Of a stretch of DNA of 64,000 nt, positions 28,028 through 39,431 are shown one piece after another; position 1 is the first letter of the stretch, and each line of letters starts with the position of its first letter. Below the pieces are notes generated by a model. That model worked only from the letters and a program-made list of their open reading frames with translations. It did no database searches and had not been told where the DNA came from. A program made the position numbers and the translations under genes. Source of the DNA: Pedobacter sp. (lineage in GTDB: Bacteria; Desulfobacterota; Desulfuromonadia; Desulfuromonadales; Syntrophotaleaceae); assembly GCA_050253415.1 (NCBI GenBank), contig JBFWJC010000001.1, positions 584,579 to 648,578 on the forward strand. Reading direction: 5' to 3'.

Positions 28028-28031
28028 CCGA

Positions 28032-28721
28032 ATGTTCGAATTTTCCCCTACTGATTTGCAGGCAATGCAACTCTCCGCCAGGGTGGCGTTTACCGCTACC
28101 CTGGTATCGCTTCCCTTTGGCTTTTTGATGGCCTACATGCTGGTCTTTACAAAAATTCCAATCAAACCTCTGATCAATGGTCTGGTCAATCTGCCTCTGG
28201 TGCTGCCGCCGGTGGTAGTCGGTTATCTGCTTCTTTTGTCCTTGGGCAATCGAAGTTGGTTGGGGGAACTTTTAGCCGGAGTTGGCATCCATATCATATT
28301 TACCTGGAAAGCAGCGGTTCTCGCCTCGATGGTAGTGGGGTTTCCGTTGCTGGTGCGTTCGATCTGCATCGGCATGGAAGATATCGATGAGCGGCTGCTT
28401 CAGGCTGCGCGAACTCTTGGAGCTTGCCGGTACGATACTCTGTTGACGATCATTTTACCCCTGTCGACGCGCGCCATTATTGCAGGCGCTACGTTGATGT
28501 TCGCCCGCAGCCTTGGTGAATTTGGGGCGACGATTATTCTTGCCGGGAATATTCCGGGCGTGACTCAGACCATTCCCCTGGCGATTTACGACTATACCAG
28601 CACGCCTGGGGGGGATCGCATGGCTCTGGGGCTTTGTCTTGTATCCATCATGCTGGCGCTGGTGGTGTTACTTTTCGATGAAGGGGTAGGTAAAGGTTTC
28701 AGGCGCAGGAGACAGCAATGA
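28032..28721 (+). CDS. modB: Molybdate ABC transporter permease
   Basis: LPLVLPPVVVGY, FARSLGEFGAT, AGNIPG. Confidence 0.95.
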   Translation: MFEFSPTDLQAMQLSARVAFTATLVSLPFGFLMAYMLVFTKIPIKPLINGLVNLPLVLPPVVVGYLLLLSLGNRSWLGELLAGVGIHIIFTWKAAVLASMVVGFPLLVRSICIGMEDIDERLLQAARTLGACRYDTLLTIILPLSTRAIIAGATLMFARSLGEFGATIILAGNIPGVTQTIPLAIYDYTSTPGGDRMALGLCLVSIMLALVVLLFDEGVGKGFRRRRQQ

Positions 28722-29773
28722 AGCTTGAAGTCTCCCTTGAAAAGCAGTTGGGTCGGTTTAACTTTGCCACGGAATTTTCGGTGGCGCATCGCCGCATGGG
28801 GGTGTTTGGCCCTTCCGGCAGCGGCAAGTCCACCCTGATGCACATGCTTGCCGGATTGCTCAAGCCAGACCGCGGTTTTATCCGACTCGATGAGGAAATC
28901 TTGTACGACAGTGCCTTGAAAATCCATAGAACATCGGAAAAACGCCGAATTGGCGTGGTTTTCCAGCACGCCAACCTGTTTCCTCATATGGGTGTGCGGC
29001 GTAACTTGTTCTACGGCTACAAGCGTATTCCGAAGGCCGAAAGAAAAATCGACCCCGAGGTTCTGCTTAAGGTGCTTAATTTGAGCCCCTTGCTCGATCG
29101 CGGGGTGGGCAGGCTATCCGGGGGGGAGCGTCAGCGGGTGGCGCTGGGACGTGCGGTCCTTTCGTGTCCGCGGCTAATCCTGTTGGATGAGCCCCTCAAT
29201 GGTCTTGATGAAGAGCTCAAATATCAAATCATTCCCTATCTGGAAAAGGTGCTTGCGGAGTTTGATATCCCTTTGATGTTTATCAGCCATTCCCTTAACG
29301 AGATGCAGTTGATGACCGACCAGGTGCTTGAGTTGGCGGAGGGTAAACTGTGTGCCCTGACTTCGACGAATGATCTGGCTTTACGCCGACTGGGGACCAG
29401 CCAGTCAGGGTATATGAATTTGCTGAAACTGCATGATCCGTATCCCCAGGCAGGATTATTTGTCTATCGATGGGGAGATCATAAGCTCATGTTGAAAACC
29501 GAGGGGGAGCAAGAATCAGGTATGTTCCAACTTTCTTCCAGGGAAATTACCCTGTTCAAACGGCATCCTGAGGCGACAAGCGCCCGCAACCTGCTTCATT
29601 GCCGGGTCAAGAACCTGTTTGATGTGGGTAATCGGGTCGGCGTGGAGCTTGATTGCAATGGCCACATGCTGGTCTCGCAGGTGGTTGGTGAAGCTGTCCG
29701 TGATCTTGACTTGCACCCCGGCTGCGAAATTTTCGCTGTCATCAAGGCTTCGGCATTTCGAAGGCTTTATTGA
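28718..29773 (+). CDS. modC: Molybdate ABC transporter ATPase
   Basis: GPSGSGKST, LSGGERQRVA, LLDEP; C-terminal TOBE/Mop domain (SARN, IKA). Confidence 0.95.
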   Translation: MKLEVSLEKQLGRFNFATEFSVAHRRMGVFGPSGSGKSTLMHMLAGLLKPDRGFIRLDEEILYDSALKIHRTSEKRRIGVVFQHANLFPHMGVRRNLFYGYKRIPKAERKIDPEVLLKVLNLSPLLDRGVGRLSGGERQRVALGRAVLSCPRLILLDEPLNGLDEELKYQIIPYLEKVLAEFDIPLMFISHSLNEMQLMTDQVLELAEGKLCALTSTNDLALRRLGTSQSGYMNLLKLHDPYPQAGLFVYRWGDHKLMLKTEGEQESGMFQLSSREITLFKRHPEATSARNLLHCRVKNLFDVGNRVGVELDCNGHMLVSQVVGEAVRDLDLHPGCEIFAVIKASAFRRLY

Positions 29774-30053
29774 CCTGACTTGAATCGCCTGCAATCGGAA
29801 AATTCGGATGAACACCACGCACTGTTTTCCATCGGTCGTTTCTGCTGAGGCGGGAGTGGCCGCGTCTTCTGTTCGGTGGTACGGCAATTGATATGGGGGC
29901 TGGCCAAGGCCGGGGCATGGCAAAGAGGCCATATCTCCAACGCAGGAGAACAGTCCCCTGTTTTTTTACACCGACATCTGGCCGGGTACCGATTCGATTC
30001 TAAGGCGTGAGATGGGGCTATCTGGAGGTTGGGTTGGTCTGGTGTAGCCGGAT

Positions 30054-30149
30054 AAAAAAGTGGCCCCCCGAAGGGGGCCTGAGGAGAAAATATCAAAGTC
30101 GAGACTCGGTTGGAGTCTCAGGGGTTTCATCCGGGGGGTACGGATGAAA
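30054..30149 (-). terminator. Three tandem hairpins after the aminotransferase gene, the last being a terminator
   Basis: TTTCATCCG/CGGATGAAA, GAGACTC/GAGTCTC, and GGCCCCC/GGGGGCC followed by T6 on the minus strand. Confidence 0.55.
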
Positions 30150-30150
30150 G

Positions 30151-31227
30151 TTATTTGCGTACCTGGGGCAGAAGTTCTTCCAGCAACGCGAAGTATTCTT
30201 CCATGTCCGCCATAGTCATGTCGCCCATGTGCGGGATCCGGAATGTGTCGTTTTTGATTTTACCGTAGCCGCCGTCCATGGCATAGCCGCGTTCGCCGAG
30301 CAGCTCCTTGAGGCGAGCCACATCGGTGCTGCCGTCATTGGTAACCGCAGTCAAAGTCTGGGAGCGGGCGCCTTCTGCGGCATACAGGCCGAAGCCCTGC
30401 TTGAGGGCCCAGGCGCGGGTGGCATCCGCCATTTGGGCATGACGGGCATAGCGGTTTTCCAGTCCTTCGGCGAACATTTTTTGCAGCTGATGGCGCAGAG
30501 CAAAAATCTGGCTGATGCAGGGGGTGCTGGGGGTATTGTTCTTCTCGTCGTTCTTTTCGAATTCCTCGAAGTCGAAGTAGTAGCCTCGGTTGGGAGTGGT
30601 GCGGGCCTTATCCAGGGCTTTGCGGCTGACGGAGAAAACCGCCAGTCCCGGGGGAATGGCAAAGGCTTTTTGTACGCCTGCCAAACAGACGTCGATGCCC
30701 AGGGCGGTGACGTCGAGGGGCACGGCGGTCATGGAGGAAACGGTATCGACGATAAACGACACCTCGGGGTATTTTTTCATGACCGCGGCGATGTCCTCCA
30801 GGGGGGACATGACCCCGGTGGAGGTTTCGTTGTGTACGATGGTCATGGCGTCGTATTTACCGGAAGACAGAGCTTCATCGACCATTGCCGCTGTGATCGG
30901 CTGCCCCCATTCTGCGCTGAACAGGTCGGCTTCGAGGCCGCAACGCAGGGTGACTTCATACCACTTTTTGCTGAAAGCACCGTTGGCGAAGCAGGCACAG
31001 CGCTTCTGTACCAGATTGCGGACCGCACCTTCCATGACGCCGAAAGCACTGGACGTGGCAAGGAACACCGGGCCGGGCGCGTTCAGAAGTTTTTTAAGGC
31101 CGTCGGTGACTTCTTTGTGAAGCACGGCGTATTCCTTCATACGGTGGCCGATCATGGGGGTGGCCATGGCTTCCAGTACGTCGGCACTAACTTCTACGGG
31201 TCCGGGGATATAGAGTTTTTTGCTCAT
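30151..31227 (-). CDS. Class V PLP aminotransferase (alanine/serine-glyoxylate or phosphoserine aminotransferase-like)
   Basis: IPGPV, GHR, VHNETSTGV, VDTVSS, GVQKAFAIPPGL (PLP Lys), TPSTP, FRIPHMG. Confidence 0.92.
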   Translation of the reverse strand: MSKKLYIPGPVEVSADVLEAMATPMIGHRMKEYAVLHKEVTDGLKKLLNAPGPVFLATSSAFGVMEGAVRNLVQKRCACFANGAFSKKWYEVTLRCGLEADLFSAEWGQPITAAMVDEALSSGKYDAMTIVHNETSTGVMSPLEDIAAVMKKYPEVSFIVDTVSSMTAVPLDVTALGIDVCLAGVQKAFAIPPGLAVFSVSRKALDKARTTPNRGYYFDFEEFEKNDEKNNTPSTPCISQIFALRHQLQKMFAEGLENRYARHAQMADATRAWALKQGFGLYAAEGARSQTLTAVTNDGSTDVARLKELLGERGYAMDGGYGKIKNDTFRIPHMGDMTMADMEEYFALLEELLPQVRK

Positions 31228-31251
31228 GGCTTGTTTACTCCTTCAGAAAAT

Positions 31252-31292
31252 AAAAAACGCCTGGCCCTTTTTGTATAAAAGGGGCCCAGGCG
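31252..31292 (-). terminator. Riboswitch expression-platform terminator
   Basis: Minus strand CGCCTGGGCCCCTTTT-ATAC-AAAAAGGGCCAGGCG-TTTTTT; overlaps the aptamer 3' end. Confidence 0.85.
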
Positions 31293-31362
31293 TACGGCTG
31301 TTAGGTCTATGTTATCCCGCTCCCCGGTGGTAATCCACCTCGAGACGCCAGTTACGGGAGAC
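31284..31362 (-). ncRNA. ZMP/ZTP riboswitch (pfl motif)
   Basis: Minus strand TCCCGTAACTGGCG...AGGTGGATTACCACCGGGGAGCGGGA, linker, then GCCGTACGCCTGGGC; matches the pfl consensus P1/P2, GGGGAG and the 3' GCCG.CGCCTGGGC hairpin. Confidence 0.92.
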
Positions 31363-31511
31363 CTTCAAATTGTCGGAACTCGCATCGAGTTTCAAATCAA
31401 GTAACATAGCTGATTCGCCAAAGTCAAGCCGGATTCTGCGACCTTGGGTATACGTTATGACTCCGGGGCAAGAGTTGCAATAAGCTCCTTATGGAATTTT
31501 AGCGAAATCCC

Positions 31512-31539
31512 TTGACATTCAAGATCAGCTGATTATATT
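31512..31539 (+). promoter_or_regulatory. groESL promoter
   Basis: TTGACA (31512-31517) and TATATT (31534-31539) directly before CIRCE. Confidence 0.6.
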
Positions 31540-31551
31540 TAGCCTTGTTTG

Positions 31552-31578
31552 TTAGCACTCTACTAAACCGAGTGCTAA
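31552..31578. promoter_or_regulatory. CIRCE element (HrcA operator)
   Basis: Exact TTAGCACTC-N9-GAGTGCTAA upstream of groES. Confidence 0.97.
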
Positions 31579-31711
31579 CATGGCAACCGGATAGGGGCTT
31601 TGGTCCGAGCAGCGAACGGACTTGAGCTTTTTTTGTTTGCAAATTGAGACGGATGTTTTCGGGGTTTTTCCCGCAATCAATTTTTATGGTAGAACGAAAG
31701 GAGAATGCACA

Positions 31712-31999
31712 ATGAACATCAGACCTTTGCGTGATCGTATCATCGTTGAACGGATTGAGGAAGAAAACACCACCGCTGGCGGTCTTATCATTCCCGACTC
31801 CGCTAAAGAGAAGCCCCAGCAGGGTATTGTCAAAGCTGCTGGCAAGGGCAAGGTGCTTGAAGACGGCACGGTGCTCCCCATGGATATCAAAGTGGGTGAC
31901 CGCGTACTGTTCGGCAAATATGCCGGCAGCGAGGTGAAAATTGACGGCAAGGAATACCAGATCATGCGTGAAGACGACATCCTGGGTGTTCTTGAGTAA
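31712..31999 (+). CDS. groES: Co-chaperonin GroES
   Basis: [35 protein letters not shown]. Confidence 0.98.
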   Translation: MNIRPLRDRIIVERIEEENTTAGGLIIPDSAKEKPQQGIVKAAGKGKVLEDGTVLPMDIKVGDRVLFGKYAGSEVKIDGKEYQIMREDDILGVLE

Positions 32000-32038
32000 G
32001 TCGTTATTGTTTCAGTCAAACTATCCAAAGGAGGATAA

Positions 32039-33697
<1,659 letters not shown>

Positions 33698-33724
33698 TAG
33701 CCCCACCCCTGTCAGCGTAATATG

Positions 33725-33758
33725 AAAAAGCCCTCCGGATTATCCGGAGGGCTTTTTT
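33725..33758. terminator. Bidirectional terminator after groEL
   Basis: AAAAAGCCCTCCGGA / TCCGGAGGGCTTTTT. Confidence 0.9.
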
Positions 33759-33806
33759 ACGTTTGGAGGGATGATAACTTTTACTTGGTAAATTGTGCTT
33801 AAAACT

Positions 33807-34784
33807 TCAGACTACCTGCAGGAGCAGGCTGCGGTCCTGGCTGAGCGGCGCAACATCAAGAAAGGACTCCTTGTCTCCCTTTTGCAGGCGTACCTGGACC
33901 GAAGCTTCGTCGCGTCCTTTGCCATTGCCGGCGACAATCGCGGCGGCCAGAGCGAGGTCGGCCTGGCTGGGTTGGCCGCTTACCAGGCCAGTGGGGCCGC
34001 GAAAAATGGTAGCGTGCAGCAAAGTATATTCTGGTCGCATGGCTGCCTGCAGGGCCTCGTTGCCCTCCTGATTGCGGCCCAGGGTCAGTTTGGCCGCAGA
34101 CGACAGTCGGTATTGGCGACCAAGGTTGAGGAGTTCAACGTCATGCACGGTGCAGTCAGGTTGATGTTCGAGCAGGTCGCGCAATTTACCGGTAAAGGAT
34201 TTTTCAGTCAGCAGGCAGCCACCCCCGGAGCCGGGGTATTCCTTCAGACCCCATTGGCGGGCATACTCCTCCTGGGGTTTGCGTGAACGGCCCTGGATGT
34301 CAAGCAACTGCTCACGATCGACCAGCCCCTGTTCTTCCATGGGTGTTGCAGGCAGCAGTTTGGCACACAGTGGGCGCAGGATGATGTCAGCGCAACCGGC
34401 ATGATTTGCCACGGTCTGAAGGGCATTGAAATTTTGACTCATGGGCCGTTGGCCCAGTACCTCGCCAGAAAAAAGAAAATCGAATTCTCCATTTTCGACG
34501 TGTTTGGCGGCCAGTCGAAACATGAGGGCGTGGCAGTCGATGCAGGGATTGAGGTTTTTTCCATATCCATAGCGGGGGTTTTTCAAGACGTCGAGGTGGA
34601 TTTCTCCAATTTCCTCAACAATTAGCGGAATCCCGATCTGTTGAGCAGCCTGCCGTGCGCGTGCAGCACCGAAAAAGGGCGTCACAAATACGATGCCCGT
34701 AACATCCACACCCTGACGTTTAAGGGCAAGGGCAGCGAGGGTACTGTCGAGGCCTCCGGAAAGAAGGCCGAGTGCTTTGCTCAT
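33807..34784 (-). CDS. ThiI/MnmA-like PP-loop tRNA sulfurtransferase (no THUMP domain)
   Basis: SGGLDS PP-loop, NPCIDCH, GEVLGQRPMSQ, GGGCLLT; start ATG 34784 after GGAGG. Confidence 0.8.
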   Translation of the reverse strand: MSKALGLLSGGLDSTLAALALKRQGVDVTGIVFVTPFFGAARARQAAQQIGIPLIVEEIGEIHLDVLKNPRYGYGKNLNPCIDCHALMFRLAAKHVENGEFDFLFSGEVLGQRPMSQNFNALQTVANHAGCADIILRPLCAKLLPATPMEEQGLVDREQLLDIQGRSRKPQEEYARQWGLKEYPGSGGGCLLTEKSFTGKLRDLLEHQPDCTVHDVELLNLGRQYRLSSAAKLTLGRNQEGNEALQAAMRPEYTLLHATIFRGPTGLVSGQPSQADLALAAAIVAGNGKGRDEASVQVRLQKGDKESFLDVAPLSQDRSLLLQVV

Positions 34785-35002
34785 AACGCGATAAACCTCC
34801 GAACTTTTTGCTTGCAGGAAGAAAGGGTGCATGGGTTGTTTGTCGCCAGGGAGAAAAACAAAGCCGTGTCCGCTTGGCATGCTCCGATGGTTCTGTCATA
34901 CCCCTTGCTCTGCCGAGCTTTTTGGTGATATTGTTAGTCGATAGAGATAAAACGTGGTTTCATTTTGTATACATTATCTGTTTTGCCAGGGATACTGCTA
35001 CT

Positions 35003-36004
35003 GTGAAAAAACGAAAAAGTAAATTACAGGATAACTATGGGCGCACCATAGAATATCTGCGTCTGTCGGTAACCGACCGATGCAATTTGCGCTGCCGTTA
35101 CTGTATGCCGGCCGAAGGGGTTGAAACTGTCGACCATGGCGATGTCCTCTCTTATGAGGAGATGCTACGAGTGGTTGCGGTGGCTGTCCGCTGCGGGGTA
35201 AAAAAAATCCGCATTACAGGCGGTGAGCCACTGGTGCGCAAGGGCATTGTCGGTTTTATACACGACATGTCTTCCCTTTCCAAAAAAGTTGAAATTACCC
35301 TTACCACCAACGGAATTCTTCTGGCGGACATGGCGGCCGATCTGCGTAAGGCCGGTTTGAGCCGTGTCAACGTCAGCCTGGATACCCTGCGTGAAGACCG
35401 CTTCCTGGAGATTACCCGCCGCTCCGGATTGCAAAAGGTTCTCGAAGGGTTGCACGCTGCCGAGGCGGTCGGCCTCACTCCCCTGAAAATCAACATGGTG
35501 CCGATCCGCGGTGTCAATGATGATGAAATTGCCGATTTTGCCCGCCTGACCCTTGATGAGCCCTGGGCAATCCGTTTCATCGAATTCATGCCTGTCAGCG
35601 GTGGACTTGAGTATACGCCAGAAAATATGTTCCCGGCGGCTGACATTATTAAAGAGCTGGAAAAAGTCGGCAAACTGCTTCCTGAACTGCGACAGGGGCC
35701 GGTAGGGCCGGCGCGCATGTTCCATTATGCAGACAGTCCCGGCCATATCGGGGTTATCCCTGCCGTTTCCGAACATTTCTGCGGCGAGTGCAATCGCATG
35801 CGTATCACCGCCGATGGTCGTATCCGTCCTTGCCTGTTTTCCACCGAGGAGATTGACCTGCGTACCGCCCTGCGTCGTCATGCTGACGATGCGGAACTTG
35901 AAGAGATCATGCGCAACGCAGCCTGCGCCAAACCGGAACGCCATCATATCGGCGAAAAAGACTTCCGCCAGGGCAAGCGCCGCATGCATGGCATAGGCGG
36001 CTGA
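35003..36004 (+). CDS. moaA: GTP 3',8-cyclase
   Basis: LRLSVTDRCNLRCRYCMP radical SAM motif, TGGEPL, FCGECNR...PCL, C-terminal MHGIGG. Start uncertain. Confidence 0.96.
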   Translation: MKKRKSKLQDNYGRTIEYLRLSVTDRCNLRCRYCMPAEGVETVDHGDVLSYEEMLRVVAVAVRCGVKKIRITGGEPLVRKGIVGFIHDMSSLSKKVEITLTTNGILLADMAADLRKAGLSRVNVSLDTLREDRFLEITRRSGLQKVLEGLHAAEAVGLTPLKINMVPIRGVNDDEIADFARLTLDEPWAIRFIEFMPVSGGLEYTPENMFPAADIIKELEKVGKLLPELRQGPVGPARMFHYADSPGHIGVIPAVSEHFCGECNRMRITADGRIRPCLFSTEEIDLRTALRRHADDAELEEIMRNAACAKPERHHIGEKDFRQGKRRMHGIGG

Positions 36005-36028
36005 AGTCGTTCAATATCTTCGCGGTGA

Positions 36029-36361
36029 TCACTTTCTGCGGTTTCCGTCCGGGTGATGGCATCGCAAGCAATTGCCGGTGCTTCTGAAGGCGGTTTGCCC
36101 GTTGTGACACGCTCCACATTGAGAGCCGGCTTCAATTTTTTTCATGGTGATGGTTTCGGCGCCTTGCCGCATGACCGGGAAGATTCCGGGCTTGTGGCAT
36201 TCGCTGCAACCTTGCCGGTGCGTCTTCCCTCGAAAGGTGACAGGTCCGTTTTGTCCGTCGGGCCAAGTCAGCGATCGATGGGCCGGCACGGCCAGTACCG
36301 AACCTGCCCATGCCACGCTCATGAGTAACAGCCCCCAGCCAAACAACTTCCTCAAAGCCAA
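36029..36361 (-). CDS. Periplasmic triheme c7-type cytochrome c
   Basis: Signal peptide; CSECH, CGACHNGQTAF, CLRCH; ITM motif. Confidence 0.85.
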   Translation of the reverse strand: MALRKLFGWGLLLMSVAWAGSVLAVPAHRSLTWPDGQNGPVTFRGKTHRQGCSECHKPGIFPVMRQGAETITMKKIEAGSQCGACHNGQTAFRSTGNCLRCHHPDGNRRK

Positions 36362-36409
36362 AGTCCCCTCCAGTAACGGTCTTGAGCGCCGGAATTAACC
36401 ACCAACTTC

Positions 36410-37681
36410 TCAGCTGTTTTGCACCTTCTGCAGGTCGGCAGCTATCAGCTCCAAGACATGACATACCTGGTGAGGCAATCCGGCATGATTAATGGTGTCC
36501 TGCAGCTGCATGATGCAGCCGGGGCAGGCGGTGGCTACAACCTCGGCACCGCTGTCGCGAATACCTTCCGCTTTTATGTTCCCCAGTTGTTTGCTGATGT
36601 CGTAATGGTAGACGGAAAAAGTGCCACCGAGTCCGCAGCAGGCTCCTGCATGTTTCATATCAACCAGGCGCACTGACGGCAAAGCCGATAACAGTTTGCG
36701 AGGGGCTTCCTTTAGCCCGTCTTTGCGCAGATGGCAAGGGATATGATAGGTCACTGGCCGCGGGTTATCCTGGCGGGGCAGTTCCCTCAGCTTTTCCTCG
36801 AGACCCTGCTGGTACAGAAACTCGTGGATATCCAGAACTTTTCCAGCCAATTGGGCATGGTCCGGTCCGAGCTCACGGAAGTGCTTGGTCAGCCCGCTGT
36901 GACAAGAGGCGCACGCGGTGACGATAAAATCAGCCTTGTGAGCTGTGAGTGCCTCAAGATTGCGATCCGCCAGGCGGGCTGCACCTGGACCGTCGCCGGC
37001 GCATAAAGCCGGCAGCCCGCAACAGCCCTGATCTTTGGGTATGAGGATGTTCATGCCCAGTCCTTTAAGGGAAGTCAGGACGCTTTCGCCGATCTCGGGC
37101 ATCATGTAATTAATCATGCAGCCGGTAAAGAAGGTGACCAGTGGCTTGTCGGCCTCCCCCGCGATGAATTCGGGGTGCCGCTGCCGGAAAGCCTGAGGTG
37201 CGATAGGCGGAATGGTGCGGTCGCGGCTGATATAGGGTGAAGGGAAACGCAAGCGTAACCCGCTGCCCTTTGGGACCTTGCGGAACACCAGCCAGGAGAA
37301 CGCACGGCCGAGTCGGGTCAGCAGGGACATCAGTCGCGGGTGTTGCAGCACCGTGGATACTCCGCGGCCGAACAGGGTGAGTCCCTTTTCCTTCGCAATG
37401 CGTCGCCGCAGGGCCAGGATGATTTCGTCCGTGGGGACCTGGTTGGGACAATTCTTGACACAGCGGCCGCAAGCCAGGCATTGGGAAATGTCGCTGATGA
37501 TGCGCTGGTCGAGGTCGATTTTGTTGTCCAGTAAGGCCTCGGCAAGGGAAATTTTGCCGCGTGCAACAACTGATTCCGATTGTACCTGTTTGAAAACCGG
37601 GCAGTGTGCCCGGCACGTTCCACATTTAACGCATTCCCGGAGCTGCTGACGGTAGTCTTCTATTTCCTGATGTTTACTCAT
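36410..37681 (-). CDS. glcF: GlcF-like Fe-S subunit (2x 4Fe-4S + 2 CCG domains)
   Basis: CVKCGTCRAHCP, CLACGRCVKNCP, CCGLP, CCGLGG, ACPGC. Confidence 0.88.
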   Translation of the reverse strand: MSKHQEIEDYRQQLRECVKCGTCRAHCPVFKQVQSESVVARGKISLAEALLDNKIDLDQRIISDISQCLACGRCVKNCPNQVPTDEIILALRRRIAKEKGLTLFGRGVSTVLQHPRLMSLLTRLGRAFSWLVFRKVPKGSGLRLRFPSPYISRDRTIPPIAPQAFRQRHPEFIAGEADKPLVTFFTGCMINYMMPEIGESVLTSLKGLGMNILIPKDQGCCGLPALCAGDGPGAARLADRNLEALTAHKADFIVTACASCHSGLTKHFRELGPDHAQLAGKVLDIHEFLYQQGLEEKLRELPRQDNPRPVTYHIPCHLRKDGLKEAPRKLLSALPSVRLVDMKHAGACCGLGGTFSVYHYDISKQLGNIKAEGIRDSGAEVVATACPGCIMQLQDTINHAGLPHQVCHVLELIAADLQKVQNS

Positions 37682-37838
37682 TTGCTATCCACTGATGCGG
37701 CAAGGCCGCTTGATGTTGATGACAATTCTTTTGCCGGATGTATTCCGGCGGGTTTCATCCTGCTGCAGGTTATCACAGGAGGCTGGCGGACTATCCATGA
37801 GCCGGCTGCAAATTCGCCCCGTATAGTCCGGCAGACTC

Positions 37839-39221
37839 CTAGTCTTCCAGGAAGATCTTACCCGGATTGAGGATGTTGTTCGGATCGAGGGCGCGTTTGA
37901 TGGTTTTCATATAAGCCACCGTGGCGACATCGAGTTCCATAGGGATGTAGGGCGCCTTGCTGGTGCCGACGCCGTGTTCGCCGCTCATGGTTCCGCCCAG
38001 TTCCAGGGTTTTGGCGAAAATATCGCGGATCGCCGTTTCGGCTTTTTCCTCGTGTCCTTCGATGGAGCGGTTGACCATGATGTTGACGTGGATGTTGCCG
38101 TCTCCAGCGTGGCCAAAATTGACGATGGGGATTTCAAGGCGATTTGAAATGGCCTCGATGGCCCGGATCATTTCCGGAAGCTTGCTACGTGGTACGCAGA
38201 TATCCTCGTTGTATTTGTCGGGGTTGACCTTGCGCAGACTCGGTGAAACGCTGCGGCGTACCTTCCAGATTTTTTCGCTTTCCTCGTCAGTGGTGGCAAT
38301 CTGGGTATGCACAATGCCCAGCGGCGAAGCGATCTCGAGGATGCGTGCGGCTTGTCGTTCCAGCAGCTCGCGTTCTCCGTCGACTTCGATAATAAGCACG
38401 GCGCGGGCATTTTCAGGGATATCGAGCCCCGCATTTTCGCGCACGCAGGACAGAGCCGTGGCGTCCATGAATTCAAGGGTGGTGGGGATGATTTTGCCAC
38501 GAATAATGCTGGAAACGGCCTGAGCGGCACCATCAATAGACTCGAACATTACCAGCATGGTTTTTTTTGCTTCCGGCTTGGGCAGCAGCTTGAGAATAAT
38601 TCTGGTAATGACGCCCAGAGTCCCTTCACAGCCGACCATCAGCTTGGTCAGGTCGTAGCCGACCACCCCTTTCATGGTTTCGCCGCCGGTACGGATGATG
38701 TCGCCCAGAGGGGTAACGACCTCCATGCCGAGGACGTAATCCTTGGTAACGCCATATTTGACGCAGCGTGGTCCGCCGGCACATTCGGCGACATTGCCAC
38801 CCAGGGTGCTGAACTTGAGGGAAGCCGGGTCGGGCGGGTAGAATAAGCCCACTTCTTCAACGGCTTTTTGCAGGGTAGCAGTGACGACGCCGGGCTCCAC
38901 CTCGGCAATCAGGTTGTCCTGGTCGATGCGCAGGATGCGGTTCAGGCGGGTAAGTACCAGTGCGATACCTCCCTTTACCGGTACACTGCCGCCGGTAAAG
39001 CCGCTGCCTGCGCCTCGCGGGTACACGGGTATTTTTTCGGAATTGGCCATTTTGAGGATCAGGCTGATTTGCATCGCATCGGCCGGTCTGACGATCACAT
39101 CGGGATAAAACTGCTGCTGGGTGGCATCGTAAGAATAGCAGATGCGGTCGGCCTGTTCGGTCGAGACGTATTCTTTGCCGACAATATCCTGCAAAATGTT
39201 GATAAGGCGTTTTTCCAACAT
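37839..39221 (-). CDS. glcD: GlcD-like FAD-linked glycolate/D-lactate dehydrogenase subunit
   Basis: PRGAGSG, YPPDPAS, GGNVAECAGG, GHAGDGNIH, SGEHGVG, NPGK. Confidence 0.9.
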   Translation of the reverse strand: MLEKRLINILQDIVGKEYVSTEQADRICYSYDATQQQFYPDVIVRPADAMQISLILKMANSEKIPVYPRGAGSGFTGGSVPVKGGIALVLTRLNRILRIDQDNLIAEVEPGVVTATLQKAVEEVGLFYPPDPASLKFSTLGGNVAECAGGPRCVKYGVTKDYVLGMEVVTPLGDIIRTGGETMKGVVGYDLTKLMVGCEGTLGVITRIILKLLPKPEAKKTMLVMFESIDGAAQAVSSIIRGKIIPTTLEFMDATALSCVRENAGLDIPENARAVLIIEVDGERELLERQAARILEIASPLGIVHTQIATTDEESEKIWKVRRSVSPSLRKVNPDKYNEDICVPRSKLPEMIRAIEAISNRLEIPIVNFGHAGDGNIHVNIMVNRSIEGHEEKAETAIRDIFAKTLELGGTMSGEHGVGTSKAPYIPMELDVATVAYMKTIKRALDPNNILNPGKIFLED

Positions 39222-39431
39222 GGGTCGCAACGGGTCCTTCGCTGGTAAGTTTCTATCTGGAAAGGATGTTTATCCAGCTTGAAACTGAGTTAGAGATAAA
39301 AAGGCTCGGTGTTGTTGAGGGCCTCCTGCGTGCTTAAAAGGAGCAATATAGCAGATAATCGGGAATTCAGTCCAGCCGCGGGTTTTTTGTTGTTACTAAT
39401 CGTAGACGGCAATGAGGTTGAAAGAGGTTCA

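Noticed and set aside
31284..31362. T-box riboswitch (AGGTGG...ACC)
   Set aside because: No specifier stem; the sequence fits the ZTP aptamer, where GGTGG/CCACC is the P2 stem
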